From the NCBI GenBank assembly GCA_008632985.1, contig QPGO01000096.1:186001-250000 (forward strand): a stretch of 64,000 nucleotides of DNA, given 5' to 3'. Positions 35,555 to 48,958 of the stretch are shown in pieces. This DNA comes from Psammoneis japonica. Lineage: Eukaryota. The notes under the pieces were generated by a model, which did not search any database, had not been told where the DNA came from, and worked only from the letters and a program-made list of their open reading frames with translations. Position 1 is the first letter of the stretch, and the number at the start of each line of letters is the position of its first letter. The translations under genes were made by a program, and so were the position numbers.

Positions 35555-36047
35555 TCTAGAACAAACAAAACTAGAGAGAAAGTCAGAAGATACAATCGTT
35601 CTGAGATGGGACTGAACAAAAACGCTTTTGTTGTTCTTGCAGTCGCAGCACTTATTGTTGATGTTTTCTGATGCCTGCTTCGATTTTTTGTGATTTTTGG
35701 AATTTGTGATGGCTGTTATTGTTTCGCGGCGGCCGCGGTGTCAGACACAGACGGGTGGGTACTTCAACACCTCATGACCTGTTGAAAAAAGAAAAAATCA
35801 GGTTCTTTTTCTTTTTTTGAAATTTTGACCAAACTCAAAATCACGACCTCGCACGGATGCGCACAGCACGATACGAATCATCAAAACAAAAAAAACCTAA
35901 AATCACGCTTCCACAGCACGAATGCAGAGCCTATTATCATCGCGACTCTCCTCAGTGCCGTTTTTACAGAACGAAAGAGCAATCGCTTTATTATCAACAT
36001 AAGGTAGCCATATCTGACACTTCCTTGAGCAACCACAGACCCAAAAA

Positions 36048-37045
36048 ATGGTTTCATCGTTGGATACACTGGCTGACGAGCTTCTCTGTAAGCTATTCGA
36101 GTGGGTTCCTCCAGAGGAGCTGCTTCTGTCTGTATCCCTTGTCTGCAAGCGCGTTTTCGTGCTTACAATGCAAGAGACATTTTGGCGCAGATATCCCTTG
36201 TTTACCTCCATAACCACGAATCAGCATTTGACGCTGAACCAGATGCAACGTTGCTGTATTTGGGCGGGAGTAGCAAAGGACTCAAGAATAAGCGACCCTC
36301 CTTCTTATCTCGGTGTTGGGTCAGTTCTCCTTGCCAAAGAGACCGCCAAAGACACGCCGTTTCGACGTGTTCATGGATATGTGTGTGCGGCCTCATCGAC
36401 GCACAACGGAACTGAAACACTGGATAATGTGTTACCGTCGTCTCTGGGGGAGGAAGACAATCGTCGGTCAACACTGAGACACCTTTTTGGATACAGGGCC
36501 GACTGGTGGAGTTCAGCGCCTTGTCCGTCACAAGACTCTTCCGAGGTGCTTCTTTTTACAACGAAGTATCCAACCGCTTTGATTACCAGAGTTTGCATTA
36601 GGCCCTTGATCGATCCTTTTCTTCGAAACGTCGTGTACACGTGGAGAAAGACAGTTATCCGAGCGTATCACGTTGCAACCACGTTTCAGCCTTTCAAATA
36701 CCCTTCCTTTTCTCTTGGTCCTGATCACAAGCCTCTCTGTTTCAAACATGCCAGCACAGAAGCTGAAAATGGCATTCCTGACAAGGACACTATTGATGCT
36801 TTGCTGCATGATTACGAGCCGGTCTATGAGTCGAAGGCATACAACGTTCCGGTAAACGAGGCAGTGACACGTTGGTGTACGACTTGCCCGGTGTTGTGGC
36901 CAATGTGGTCACGATTACTCTAGTTGGCAAGAATTATGAGCAATTTGAAGGCTCCGGACAGTACTACGCTTGCGTCAGTAACGTTGAATGCCTGGGCATG
37001 CCACTTCTCCCAACTCCCAACCACCACGTAAGGAATGAGATATAA
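36048..37045 (+). CDS. F-box protein, apparent frameshift near 36865
   Basis: N-terminal LDTLADELLCKLFEWVPPEELLLSVSLVCK. ASST and WWSS motifs. An alternate frame gives VVTITLVGKNYEQF...YYACVSNVECLG to TAA at 37045. Confidence 0.7.
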
Positions 37046-37199
37046 CGGATTGCTTCGTGGTACCTTCACTAGCGACCGCACTTACGACACATGTAAATAA
37101 AGTATTTTGTAGAACCATGCTGTAGAGTAAGAATGAGAAGACAGCTCTCTTGACTTTAAACACTGGTAAAACTCTCGCTAGCTACGGTAGTGCGGAGTG

Positions 37200-37573
37200 C
37201 TTGCCAGCTTCGCTTTTCGACGTGACTCGCTTCAGCAAGCTGCCATTGACAATGCATCTTCTGACTAACATTTTTGTGTTGTGGTGGGTGGACCGATGCT
37301 TGCAATTTGCCCATGAATTTCCAAAAAGATGTTGTGTGGTCTCCAGCACGTGTTTTGACCATTGCAGAGGGGGGCTGACACAGGCTGATTGTGTCTCTCC
37401 TGTCAGTTGCCATGAGTTGTTCTGGAAGCAGGCTTGTTCATTCAGAAAAGGCAGCTGCAAGGAAAAATCACCATCTTGGCTGGATTGCATGGCAACATTC
37501 ATTGCAAGGCTGTTGAATGAAAAAATTGAGTCAGTGTCTGCCCCCCATGAAGCTGGTCTGATTTGGCCACCAT

Positions 37574-37608
<35 letters not shown>

Positions 37609-40600
37609 CAACAACATCTCTGCACAACAGAGAAACAAAGGATGCTGACAGTTGTTGGAAAAATGCTGCCACCAACCCAAGCCAGGAATTTTTCATGCAT
37701 GTTGACAATCAACAAGAGGTCTTCCAGAGCACAGACAAGGCTGGCTGGCAACCATGATGATCACATGCTCTCAATGCTGGCTGGCATTTGTCGTCAGCAT
37801 TGCCTGCTGTGAGCAATGCAACTGTCCTCCACAGAGAACCACCACACATCAGCAGCAGCTGACTTTCTCAGATTTGATGGCAACTTTTCTGTGGCTCCTT
37901 AAAAGCCACCAGACAGGGTCTTGCTCTGAACAATGGCTCCTCCTCTTGCAAAGCATGAAAAATGTGCTGCTGGAATTGGAAAGGCTCGCATGCTCACAAG
38001 CCAGCAAGTGCTGCTGCAACAATCACAGTGGGATGCTCTGCAGGCCTGTTCATCTGGAAAATGCAGCTGCTCTTGTTCAGAGTTAAAACTTGCTTGCCAG
38101 ACAGAAGCTTTTGACAACCGACCATTCAGCAAAGTGAGAAACCACCAGACTCACAGAAATTTGGTCTCACAGCACACGGGCTCTTGACAAGATTTGTTTT
38201 GACCTCATTGACGACTGCAAATTCTGGAGTGCTGGTTGTCAACTGAGCCAGCAAAGTGAAAAAAAAAGTAACATGTGGTTCATTTCTGCACATTTTGTGA
38301 TTTTGGTTTCTGACAATGTCTGCTTTCCACCCTGGCAGTGTTCAATGTTTGGTGCATGCTCATGTTCCACACACTGTCACACCGTTGCATTTGCTCTCTC
38401 TCTCTCTCTCTGCTCTTTGAGCCACCACCCCATTGTCTTTCCCATTGTCTCTTGCAGTCTGTCTTGCATCTTTTGGTGTTCCCAGCTGTGCTGGCATTGC
38501 ATCATGCTCCAATCTTTCATGTTTCAAAAATGTTTGGTTTTTGTGACAGCTTTTTGTTGTGAGACGTGACAGCAAAAAAATGTGCCTGGCAGACAACAGC
38601 AAAGAAGTTGTCAGTTTGGCATGTTTTCTTTGTCAAGCATGTCACAATGTGCTGCTGCATTCTTTCTGCTCACCTGTGTGTGATGTTGCAGAACTTTGTT
38701 TCTCACTCTGCTTGGCCATTTTCGTCAACTTGTCTGAGTTTCATGAAGCAAAAAATCATGAAAGGAAAACATTGCTTTGTTGTCATTTGCTGCAAGCTGC
38801 CTGATGCTCCCTTGTCAGACTTCTGACCTCTTCTGATCTTTCCCATGGCTTTTCTTTGTTGGTGTGTGCAGAATCCTGTTGGCGCTTTCCCCCCCTGCAA
38901 TGTTGTCATTGTTTTTGTGGTGCTTGGATGCACCCCATGTTTTTGCACTGTTTTGTGCAGCAGATGTGTGCTTTCTTTTGCTGCAGAGCTCTGAGCAAAT
39001 CAGTCTGACAGCCATTGCCTCTGTGTCATTTTGCAAGTGGCGGTCACTGAAAAAGCCTTTTGCTGCACTTCTTTTTGAAGTGCCAAGTCATTTGAGTCAA
39101 CTCAAATGAGTCATTTTGTTGGTCTTCATCTCGCCAACACAGCTGTTTTGCTTGTGAGATCTCAGTTGCTCTGCAGGATGCTGAACATTGTTTTTTAATC
39201 AGATGCAGCACACATCTGTTTTTAAAAAAGATTGATGTCTCAGTTTTTTTGTGATCTCAATTGGCTCTTGTCAAGAATGAAATTTTCACATTTGTGCCAG
39301 TTCATGTGGCTTGTTTGTGTCTGCAGGGTTGCCATTGCAGCTGGTGTTTTTGCAGCTGATTCACACATGCACAACAACCTTTGTTGCTGTTGCTGAGCAC
39401 TCTCTCATCATGGTTGGAACTTTCAGGCAGGAGGTTGGAAGAGGTCTTGGAGCTGGTTGTGCAGGTGGTTGCAGACAAGGGGGTGGTTGAGCAAGAGGTT
39501 GATTTGGTCAGCATGGCCACAGTGCTGGGTGTGTGTGGGCAGCAGCCCCCAGAGACATGGGGGTGCTGCAGCTGCAGCACCTCTTGCCCATGTTCCTCCT
39601 CCCAATGCAGGTGGTTGCTTGTGCCAGTGCAGTCTTGTCACCAGCAGGTTGGCACACACTTGAGCTTCCCAGCTTCAATGCAAAGCAGCCCGTGGTGGTG
39701 CCAACCAGCCCAATGAGCAACAGCACACATGCACAGCAACCTTTGTTGCAGTTGCTGCACTCTCATCATGGTTGGAGCTTGTGGGCAGGAGGTTGGAAGA
39801 GGTCATGGAGCTGGTTGTGAAGGTGGTTGCAGACAAGGGCTGGTCAAGCAAGGGGCCAACTGGGTCAGCATGGCCACAGCACTGGGCACGTGCCTGCAAA
39901 GAGCTGGGGCAGCAGCCCCCAAAGATGTGGGGGTGCTGCAGCACCTCCTGCCAATGTTCCTCCTCCCCAAAACAAGCAGTTGCCTGTGCCGGTGCAGCCT
40001 TGTTGCCAGCAGGTTGGCACAAACTTGAGCTTCCCAAAGCAGCCCCATGATGGTGCCAGCTGACCCAACAAGCAACACAGCAGGCTGAGGGCACTGCTGG
40101 CAAAATCTGGTGGACCCCAAGTGACACCCAAAGAACTGTGGCTGATTGTCAAGCAGTGCATGGCCGGTGTTGTGCAGCTGCAGTGACCTGTCATGTCCTC
40201 CCAGCAGCCAGAAGCACACACTTCAAACTGCCAGCTCCAGAATGAGAGGACCCCATGACGGCACCAGCCAACCTGACAACAGCAAGCTGAGGGCATGGGA
40301 GGTCTGTTGTGGGTTGTCTTGTGCAGCTGTGGCCCCAAGCCACATTGTCCAACAAGAGGAGCAGACTTGAGCCCCCCAACTCCACAGTGAAAGGGCTGCA
40401 TGATGGTGGCAAAAGCCAGCCAACCCAAAAAGCTGCAAGCTGAGGACACTGGCAGCATGAGTGGGCCAGCACAGGTGCAACACTTTAAGAGCTGTTGTTG
40501 GGCACTGCAAGAGGCTGATCTTGTGGTGGTGTTGGGGCCCCATGTCACCTTGTCCCCAACAGCAGCAGACTTGAACCTCCAAACTCCAGGGTGAAAGGGC

Positions 40601-43450
40601 CCCCAATGACAGCACCAACCAACCTGACAATGGCAATCTGAGGGTTCTGGTGGTGTTTGGTGGGCCCCTGCCATTGTTCCTTAAACAGCAGCAGACTTGA
40701 CTTCCCCAGATCCAGAGTGCAGAGATCCTGTCATGACATCGCCAACCCAACAGCTGCAAGCTGAGGGCACTGGCAGTGTTGGGTGGCCCCCGGTGGTGTG
40801 ACTTTAAAACCTGCAGTTGAGCACAGCAGGGTTGATCTTGTGGCACTCTTGTGGCCCCATGTCCCCTGTCCTCAATGGCAGCAGACTTGAGCTTCCAAGT
40901 TCCAGAGCTGTGGCTGAGCATTGCAAGATTGATCATCTTGTGGTGTTGTGGCCCCACTTTGCCTTGTTCCCAACACATGCTTGAATTTTCCAAACTCCAG
41001 AGTTGCTTGTTCAAATGCTTGATTGCTGGATGGCAGCGGGTGAGCGAAGCTTCAAAAAACAATGCGCTGGGAATGCCAGAAATGTGGGGTTGCTTTGCAG
41101 TGGCAAAATGGCTTGAGGAGGAGAGTGGAGAAATTTCTGGCAGCATTTTTGAAACAATTTTCTCTTTGTTAGAAGCAATGAAGAGCTGCAATGAGAACAG
41201 CAGGTGAGCTGCCCTCCATTTCATCTGGATCTAAAGTTCAAGCAAGAATGGATCTCATGGGATCATGGGAAGATTGGCTGGGGCATGAGTCAGAAATGTA
41301 AAGTTGAGCTTTGTGTGAGTTGCACGCCATGCAATTTTGGAGGCTTGCAACCTTGTCAAGCTTTCCTGCGACACAAGTTGTTGAGTGAGACTTTGTGGCC
41401 AATCTTGCTCATGACACAGTTGTTTCAATGTGGTGTCAATTGTCCATGGCTGCTGACCTCTGCACAAAGCCTCAATGTCCAGCAAGTTTTCTGCCACCAA
41501 AGCCTGAGCTGCAACTGACACTCATGCAGCCCGGGTCCTTGAGTCAGGTGTGGAGAGAAGCAGTGCTCATCCTGGCACCAGCGCTTGAACAAGCATGAAC
41601 AATCAACAACCCTTTGCAAAAGAGATGACAAAGCTGACACACTCACAGAGCAACAAGGACAAGCTGCACAGATGGTGAGTGCCATTTGGTGCTTGCCAGC
41701 AAAAATCCATCACCACAGCCAAAACAGAGTGCAATGCGCATGAAGGCACAGACAAAACAAAAACTTAAAATCACATTGCAGCCATGTTGGCCCAGATGAC
41801 TTGGCACTCAAAAAGTGTTTGTGGGGCATTTGTTGTCAACCAAAACAGCTTCAAAGTGCCATCAAAGATTGACCCGCGCTTCTGTCTGGGTTGATGTTCT
41901 TGGAATTTGTCAAATTGTGACAATGGGGTCAATTTGGTGTTGACAGCATTTGTGGCAGTGGGAAGCATGAATGATGACAGGGATCAAAAATGACAACACG
42001 ACCATTGCGGGGACTGCTTGGCATGGCAAGCTGGGCTCCAGAGCACAAATTGATGCTTGATGATGGGAAGAAAGGACTCAAATTTTCAGCTGCAGCATCT
42101 GGCATCAAAAGGGAACAGGTTTAACAACAAAAGCTTGTTTTGAAAGGAGAGTCTTTTTTTGCAGTTGTTGGTCACATGATGGGGACACAGTGGATTGTGC
42201 AGCAAATGTGACGACAGGGGGGTGCACCGTTGTCGTGCAAACAACAGATTGGTGGCTGAGTCACATGGTGCTCAATGCAACAAAGAGAGACAAATGCAGC
42301 AGAAACACTGAAAAAATAGGTGACGGGCAATTGAGCTGAAGCTCTTCCAGACAAACATGTGCCACCTCTGAAAAAGATGCTGGGCCACAAAACAAGATGT
42401 TGCAAATCCATGCCCCCCCACCGGAAAAATCATCTGTCAACTTTAAACATCAACTTTGGCGATGCCAGATTTGTGGTTAAAAATGAGCCAGTGTCAGAAC
42501 ATTGCTCAGAACCACAACTGCAGTGACTGCCTTGGTTGAGTTTTGACAACTGTGTGATGCCTGTGGAAAGTGCAGCAACAGGTGCAAAAATTTTGTTTCT
42601 TGTTGATGGATCTTCTTGTCATGCACAAAAACATGTTGCAGACATTGCAGCTGTCAAGTGGCAAGCAAGTGACTGCGCATCACCAGCCAAATCCCACCCC
42701 ACTTTTGTGCAGGACTGCTTTGAGTTGCAGCTGTCAAGCCCATGACTTTGCAAGCATGCCTTGGCCTCATGAGAACTGTCCTTTCTTCTCTGTTGTTCCC
42801 AGGCCACAGTGGAAGACAAAGACAGAGCTCCTGACAAGGGGGCGCTGTTGGCAATTTTTTGCTCTGTGGTTGAAAGCCTGTCTGTTGTGAGTCTCAGGCC
42901 CAAAACATGCCGGCAGTCATGGCACAGAGACTTCTTGGTTTTGTTGACTTGTTTGTTGCCAGTGTTGTCACACAACTGCTCTGGCTGGCAAGAATCAAGA
43001 GCAGTTTGAAAGCTCTGCAGAGTGCTGCACCTGCACGTTGGTCTCATTGATTGCCCAGGCATGCCACTTTTCTCAACCTCATTTGAGGAGTTGGGCATTG
43101 CTTTTGTCATGCAAATCGGAGCTGGGGGGCAGATGTGTGACAATGTGGTCAGATCTCATTTCTTGCTTTCAAGTTGTTTTGACCTGGTTTCCAATGCACA
43201 CACTTGCGTCTGCCTTTCAAAAAGAGGGGCTCTTTCAATGAATGCAAATTTCTGTTTTGTGAAAGCATCTGACTGGATGCCAGGGGCTTCAGGGGTCTTT
43301 GAGAGTGAAAGTTACCAGGTGCAGTAAAAGAAAGATCAACCCGGTCATTGCACCAGCACTTGTTTGGCAGCCCAGCAACCAGCAACCCACCTGCCAAGGC
43401 AGCACAAAGATCCCACGGAGAGCAGCAATGCTGCTGTTGCCATGCTGTGA
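37200..43450. other. Old degenerate repeat block lacking TpA and CpG, with a (CTG)n tract and internal direct repeats
   Basis: Near-absence of TA and CG over ~6.2 kb between two normal gene blocks. (CTG)10 near 37576-37605. No domain confidently recognised. Confidence 0.65.
39362..40060. repeat. Two direct repeats of ~360 bp, followed by shorter related units to ~40900
   Basis: cacacatgcaca.caacctttgttgc...caggaggttggaagaggtc.tggagctggttgtg at ~39362 and ~39724. The motif gcagacttga.c recurs at ~40360, 40565, 40690 and 40880. Confidence 0.75.
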
Positions 43451-43662
43451 AAGAGTCACTTACAGCATCTCACCCATGTAGCAATGCAACACCAGTCGTA
43501 CAATAAAGGCTTCAAGACTGCCATTTCTAAGTTCCTTTACGTACGCTCTATGATAGTAACCGACATACACACAGCTCCACTGCGAGACGAGCCTGACATG
43601 ATTAACGAGTCAGTCCCATTCCATACATTGACACAATTCTTCTAACATCTGATGCACACAAC

Positions 43663-44571
43663 TTATGCTGCTTGAAGACCAAACTCAGCATCATCTTCTT
43701 CGTCATCTTCCTGCTCGTCATATACTTGCAACTTGTTGTACTGAGACTTGCCCGATTTCCCCATGCTGAGTGCATCACTCTCTTCCATGATACCCACTTG
43801 TTGTGATGCTCGCCTCTCGAGTCCATTAATATGCACAGTAGCCAGTATGACAACAAACGCAATCGCCATGACTTGCAAGACAAAGCCAGAAGCGACCCTT
43901 TCCATATCTGGTGGGCTTGACACAGCAAGAGCTGCAGTCACCAACCACGTTCCTTGTAGAATACCACAACACAAGAAGGCTACATAAAACAGGATACTCT
44001 TTGGCTTGACAATTGATAAAATCAAAAAGACAGAAATCAACATTGTCGAAACCGCCAAGAGTGTATGCACGCGATTGTCCACGTGATCTGTCTTCATGAG
44101 CGCATGCTCGTGCCACAAGAGCGTCTCTCCCAAGAATGCCAGGACCAACGCTTTTCTCATGGAATCTGGAGGTAACCGTCCATGGCTTTCACAGACACCC
44201 ACCAATCCCGCGAGACAAAACAATAGATACAGCGTCTGATGGGTAAGATTCGTAAAGAACGTGTTGTTCTCGTTGTGCATATAATTCACCACGGTGGCTC
44301 CGACACCTTCATAGATGATCCCAACAAAGGTGGACACCATAATAACCCACGACATGATTCGGAGTAACTTGTAGTTGCGCTCTGGTATATGGTGCTCACA
44401 AAAGGCGCCCGACGTAGCTGCTTCTCCGTCGATTGCGAGTCGCCTCATTCGGATAAAAGTTAAAATCAGGTAAAACGACATGAATCCCAGAAAGAACACG
44501 GCCGGAATGAAGTGACCGAGAAAGGTACCAGACGCCTTGCCCAAACTACGGCTAGTGCTATCATCCATCAT
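43663..44571 (-). CDS. TMEM45/DUF716-like multi-pass membrane protein
   Basis: GTFLGHFIPAVFF N-terminal motif, HQTLY, QGTWL and about seven hydrophobic segments. Start taken at MMDD. Confidence 0.75.
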   Translation of the reverse strand: MMDDSTSRSLGKASGTFLGHFIPAVFFLGFMSFYLILTFIRMRRLAIDGEAATSGAFCEHHIPERNYKLLRIMSWVIMVSTFVGIIYEGVGATVVNYMHNENNTFFTNLTHQTLYLLFCLAGLVGVCESHGRLPPDSMRKALVLAFLGETLLWHEHALMKTDHVDNRVHTLLAVSTMLISVFLILSIVKPKSILFYVAFLCCGILQGTWLVTAALAVSSPPDMERVASGFVLQVMAIAFVVILATVHINGLERRASQQVGIMEESDALSMGKSGKSQYNKLQVYDEQEDDEEDDAEFGLQAA

Positions 44572-45058
44572 GGCGAGATCTAAACAACTTCTGGATCGGT
44601 ATGCTATGAACGGTATGCTCAACTGCGAGCCTCAAGTCGCTGAAATGACATCGCAGGGGAATACTAAAGCTGAGGAATGAATGAGAACACAAAGAATGAG
44701 GAATGAGGGGGTGGGGGGTGGATGGGGACATGAAAAACATACGATGACGAAAACAGCAAATTGAAAATTTTCACATCCGCCAGTCGCGCGAATTGTCAGT
44801 CTGTCTCTCCTCAAGAGTGTCCCGCGTCCCGTGTCCGGTGATCCCTGTCTGTGAGACACGAGGAAGCAAGCCCTATTCCTACTCTAGCTGATAGCTAGAG
44901 TAGAGTGGCTAGGATGCGAGATTCACTTGATAGCGTCAGCGTAGAAGATATCCCAATATGGCATAGTGGTGTTACCCAAGCAAAACAACCTCCGATTTTC
45001 AAAACCAGTGCTCGTCTCTACAGTAGAGGAACAGTTCTTTGCTAATCTCTTTTTAGTG

Positions 45059-46138
45059 CTATCGGAAATCGAGCAGGAATTGTTTGATTTCACTCCAATC
45101 TTTTGCTCTCCAAATTGTCTGTGTGTTTACACGATTGGCATTATACAGGGAAAGAGTCGACAATTGAATATTGTACTGTTTCGCAATGTCGGTCAATGTT
45201 TGACTCTGCCCCACAACAATGCCTATATCGGCTTCAAGCAGTCCTAGCAAGTCGGTCTGGGAATCTCCAATATAGACAATGAGTGGCTTTTCGTCATTTA
45301 GATCTCGTCGCAGGGATGCAATGCGTTCCTTCTTGGCAGATGCTCCGGGAACTACATAAAATTGACCATACCCAACCAAAGCAGCAAATGAGCATTGTAT
45401 TCTTGCCATATTGCGGTGTTTATTGCATTCATTACTTACCATCTAGTTTCACAATACCGTGTTCATCCACACTGTTGGACCATATCGGTGGCGTGATTCT
45501 GAAACGTTTACATGCTCTTCCAACACGGCCTGAATGAGCGATGGACACCAATTTATGCTCAGGACAGACAATTCCCATCCTTTTGCACACGCCGCAGTCA
45601 AAGCGGGTCCACAGCCATCTTGTAACTGTGAAGCTTCTCGTAAATGGTCATGTCGTTTCAACAATTCAAGAGCTTGCGAGGATTCCAGAGGCAAACCGGC
45701 CAAACATCGTGATTGACTGACTTGCCGTGTTACCGTGGTTGATACATTGTCAAGCAACGTAAGAGCCTCTTCTAAATCATGTGGATACGTTGATTCTTTT
45801 GCTTCCAGATACAATCGAAAATACTCTTGTTCCAATTCTCGAAAGGTCTCGAGACGAGCTTGGCGTGTCGTTTCGTCGTCTGCCGCGTGAAGAGAAGCCA
45901 ACTTTGGGAGTAGTGGCGTCGTATCGCTTTTGGTGATTGTCCCGTCAAAATCCACAACTAGACACGCTCTTGATGATGCAGCCATGGCAGAGACAGACAC
46001 AACTAGTATTGAAAACGTCAATAACAGCAGCAACATCAATGTTGACAGAGAATGCGATTGATGGTGTGCTGTGAAGTATTGCTTCTCGCGTATCGTCGAT
46101 GAGTCGATGAGTGTGACGGTGATGTGGCGGCGCAACAA
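45059..46138 (-). CDS. HAD-superfamily phosphatase, one intron, apparent frameshift near 45505
   Basis: Motif I VVDFDGTIT, LSINW, and motif IV YIGDSQTDLLGLLEADIGI. An alternate frame IWSNSVDEHGIVKLD leads into a GTAAG donor. The true start is uncertain. Confidence 0.8.
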
Positions 46139-46359
46139 GTTTAGTACTCAGACTGCGTAGAATTCTACGTAGGAAAAGTTGCCGCCACTATTTTTTTCGA
46201 AATTTTCGATTTTATATGAAAGAGGCACGTGAGCTTCTGCGAAGCAAAAATCGTTCATTCATTCCAATTCATCATTCTCTGCTATTGTCATTGGCACATC
46301 AACGCTTTGACATTGGACTAACTACAGTACTCGTACGACTATTCATCAGCGTAATAACC

Positions 46360-47248
46360 ATGGGCAGCAACGACAATGCGGAAGGATCGTCATCGTGCTG
46401 TAACTCGGAGCAGACTGCGTTCTGCGCTCTCTACATATTTTACGTCGTCTTGGCATTGATCACTTGGAAGTCTGTTATAGCCAAGCCCATGAGATTGATT
46501 GCGGTATTTCTCCATGAAATGTCGCATGCAGTGGCATGTTGGCTCACGGGCGGCCACGTGGTTGGGATTCAAGTACATGAGAATGAAGGTGGAGTCACGC
46601 GATATATAGGCGGCTGTCGATGTCTCATTATACCCGCAGGCTACGTCGGCTGCAGCTTTTGTGCCATGATTTTTGTTATTCTAAGTGGCGGACGCAAGAC
46701 TTCCACCGTAGCAGCTTCGATCTTTACCTTTTCGTTGCTCTTGTCGCTTTGTTACTCGCCATCCAGAGTCATGGTGTACTTGAATCTCGCATATGCAACA
46801 ATCACGTTGACTTTCATCTTGTTGGAGTGGTATGTGTTTACGCCGCTCTTGCCCTATGTGATTTTGTTCTATGGGGTCTTTGTGGGAATCTTTAGTGTTG
46901 CCGATATTCATGACGACTTGATTATACGATCTGTCGAGGGAAGCGATGCATACGCTTGTTATAATGAAATATTTCCGTGTTGCTATCCAAGATGTGTTGG
47001 GATTCAGTGGGTTGTTTGTGCAATCTTTTTTCAAGTCTTTGGCCTGTGGGATTCAGTGGGTTGTTTGTGCAATCTTTTTTCAAGTCTTTGGCCTGTGGCT
47101 CGCGCTGGTGCAGTTGAGTGAAGAATGCCAAGATGATTCGTGGTGGACTTGTACCCGGGACAACCTCAGACTGTCGTCGTTTGATGTGGACTTTGGGGAC
47201 TATTTTGATTTCCATTCAGATTTCTGGGACTGGGACGGTGGGCCATAG
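46360..47248 (+). CDS. Peptidase M50B-like membrane protein, frame broken by a 49-bp tandem duplication
   Basis: FLHEMSHAVACWLTGG, EGGVT, PAGYVG and GSDA motifs. Removing one 49-bp copy restores a C-terminus ending DWDGGP*. Confidence 0.85.
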
Positions 47249-47683
47249 CTTGATTGGGATTTTTTTGAATATGATTAATCGATGCATTTCTAAAAGGCAA
47301 CAACAACTTGTTTGTTGGTAAGAAAAGAGGCACCAAAGTAACATTGCTGTGGCGTTTACAGTGATAACAAATGAGAATCAGGTCTCTTTCTAATGCCAAA
47401 CAGCCACTAGGCTCAGCAACTTTCCTCATTGCTCATGCTTTTAAGTGCGAAAATAATACAGTACAAGAGAACTAAAATGTATCTAGTATTATGTATACAG
47501 GTGCAAAAAAACACACACAAACTTTTCCTTCTGCGATACAAGATCCGCCTTGTCGTCCATGGTATCGCAACAAATGAGCAACGATGATTCTACGTTGCCT
47601 ACCTTACAGGGACTTTTCCATTCAAACCCCATTGTTCTCAGCTCGCCTCGATTCATCAGTCTCTTAACACTCCGACAAAGACT

Positions 47684-48958
47684 TCACGGCTCCATAGTGT
47701 CTTGAGGTTTCTTAAATGACCTTCGCCGAAACGAGAACTTCCGCTTGTTTCTGGAACGCTGCTTCTTACGCTTGGCCCGTTCCAACTGCTTAAACGACAT
47801 GCTACGGATCGTTTTCTGTCGTTCTTCTGAACTCAAATGAACAAAGGGATCATCGTCGCCCCCCCATGCTTGATTGTCTTCTTCATTCGTGTTTAGGTCG
47901 CCCAAGGTGACAACCGTCAGTCCGGAGGAGTCGTCCTTCTTGTTGGCAGCAGCGCCGTTCAACTCGACATCATTGTCTTCTTCGGGCTCTGATCGATGCA
48001 CAATCAACGACCACAAGGCCTTGCGCGCCGCGTCTGCACTTAGAACCGACGCGACGGAGAAGCGAACCGTTCGCTTGACCCTCGCAGTAGCATCCACAAA
48101 GGAGGTATCCTTGGTGTATACTTGAAAGGGCTCATCAAATCCATTGGAAGGTGTAGCGACGCACAAGTCTGGATCAAGGTACAAGATCGTAACGTCGAGT
48201 GGGTTTCTTGTATTTGGAAGATAGTTACGTTTCCAAATGCTCCTTCCAAACAAACACAGTTTTGCTTCCACCACGTCCATATCCAAGTTGGTCCTCGTTA
48301 GACCCATGACGATATACTTTTTCGACTTGGTCAAGATACCGCCCAGGTATCCAACGCGGTCCATCATGTAAGGATCTTCGTAATCATCCAATTCCTCCAA
48401 GCGAAACAAACGTGAAGAGGAACGGAAGGGATTCAACGAGGACAATCCTGAACTTTGCTTCTTCTTCTTCTTTTTAGCGTTTCTCTCTGACTTTCTCTTC
48501 AATGCAAACCGATCCTGATCAAACAACACGCTCGATGCCGACTTGCTTCCAAACGCATAGTACCACTGCCCATCCAACAAGTTTGAGTCCGTCGTGGTGG
48601 ATACGGGATTGCTCTGTACCAGCATGGCCAGTTTGTCTTCAATCTCCTCGAGAGTGGAGGATGGCTTTCCGAGCAACTGCCATAGCTCCCGTTTGTACTC
48701 GCGCACCGTTTCTTGCACCAAATTCCTCTTTAACCGATTCACATCGTACACGACTCCATCGACGCCACCGATACCAATCACCTCCTTTTCTCCCTCTTCT
48801 TGTTGCTGCTGATCTTTTTTCTCTTGAGTCGACTGCAAGGAGAATGGCAGCCTCGGAGAGCTCGTGATACTATTACCGCTGCTGAGAAAGCCTTGAACGG
48901 TATGCCCCGAAAAAAGAACGGCAGAACTCCACAGGAGCAAACGCGAAACGTTCTTCAT
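47684..48958 (-). CDS. Plastid-targeted PAP/fibrillin-like protein
   Basis: Signal peptide ending VQGF. LVQSNPVSTTTDSNLLDGQW and ILYLDPDLCV motifs. 424-aa open frame. Confidence 0.7.
   Translation of the reverse strand: MKNVSRLLLWSSAVLFSGHTVQGFLSSGNSITSSPRLPFSLQSTQEKKDQQQQEEGEKEVIGIGGVDGVVYDVNRLKRNLVQETVREYKRELWQLLGKPSSTLEEIEDKLAMLVQSNPVSTTTDSNLLDGQWYYAFGSKSASSVLFDQDRFALKRKSERNAKKKKKKQSSGLSSLNPFRSSSRLFRLEELDDYEDPYMMDRVGYLGGILTKSKKYIVMGLTRTNLDMDVVEAKLCLFGRSIWKRNYLPNTRNPLDVTILYLDPDLCVATPSNGFDEPFQVYTKDTSFVDATARVKRTVRFSVASVLSADAARKALWSLIVHRSEPEEDNDVELNGAAANKKDDSSGLTVVTLGDLNTNEEDNQAWGGDDDPFVHLSSEERQKTIRSMSFKQLERAKRKKQRSRNKRKFSFRRRSFKKPQDTMEP

Noticed and set aside
37576..37605. (CTG)n tract as part of a poly-Leu/Ala/Ser coding gene
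   Set aside because: It is a microsatellite in a degenerate block with no support for any surrounding ORF.
42536..43327. Possible GTPase remnant (LIDCPG, LFLVDG)
   Set aside because: The short motifs are in different ORFs and in the wrong order, with no P-loop, in heavily decayed DNA.
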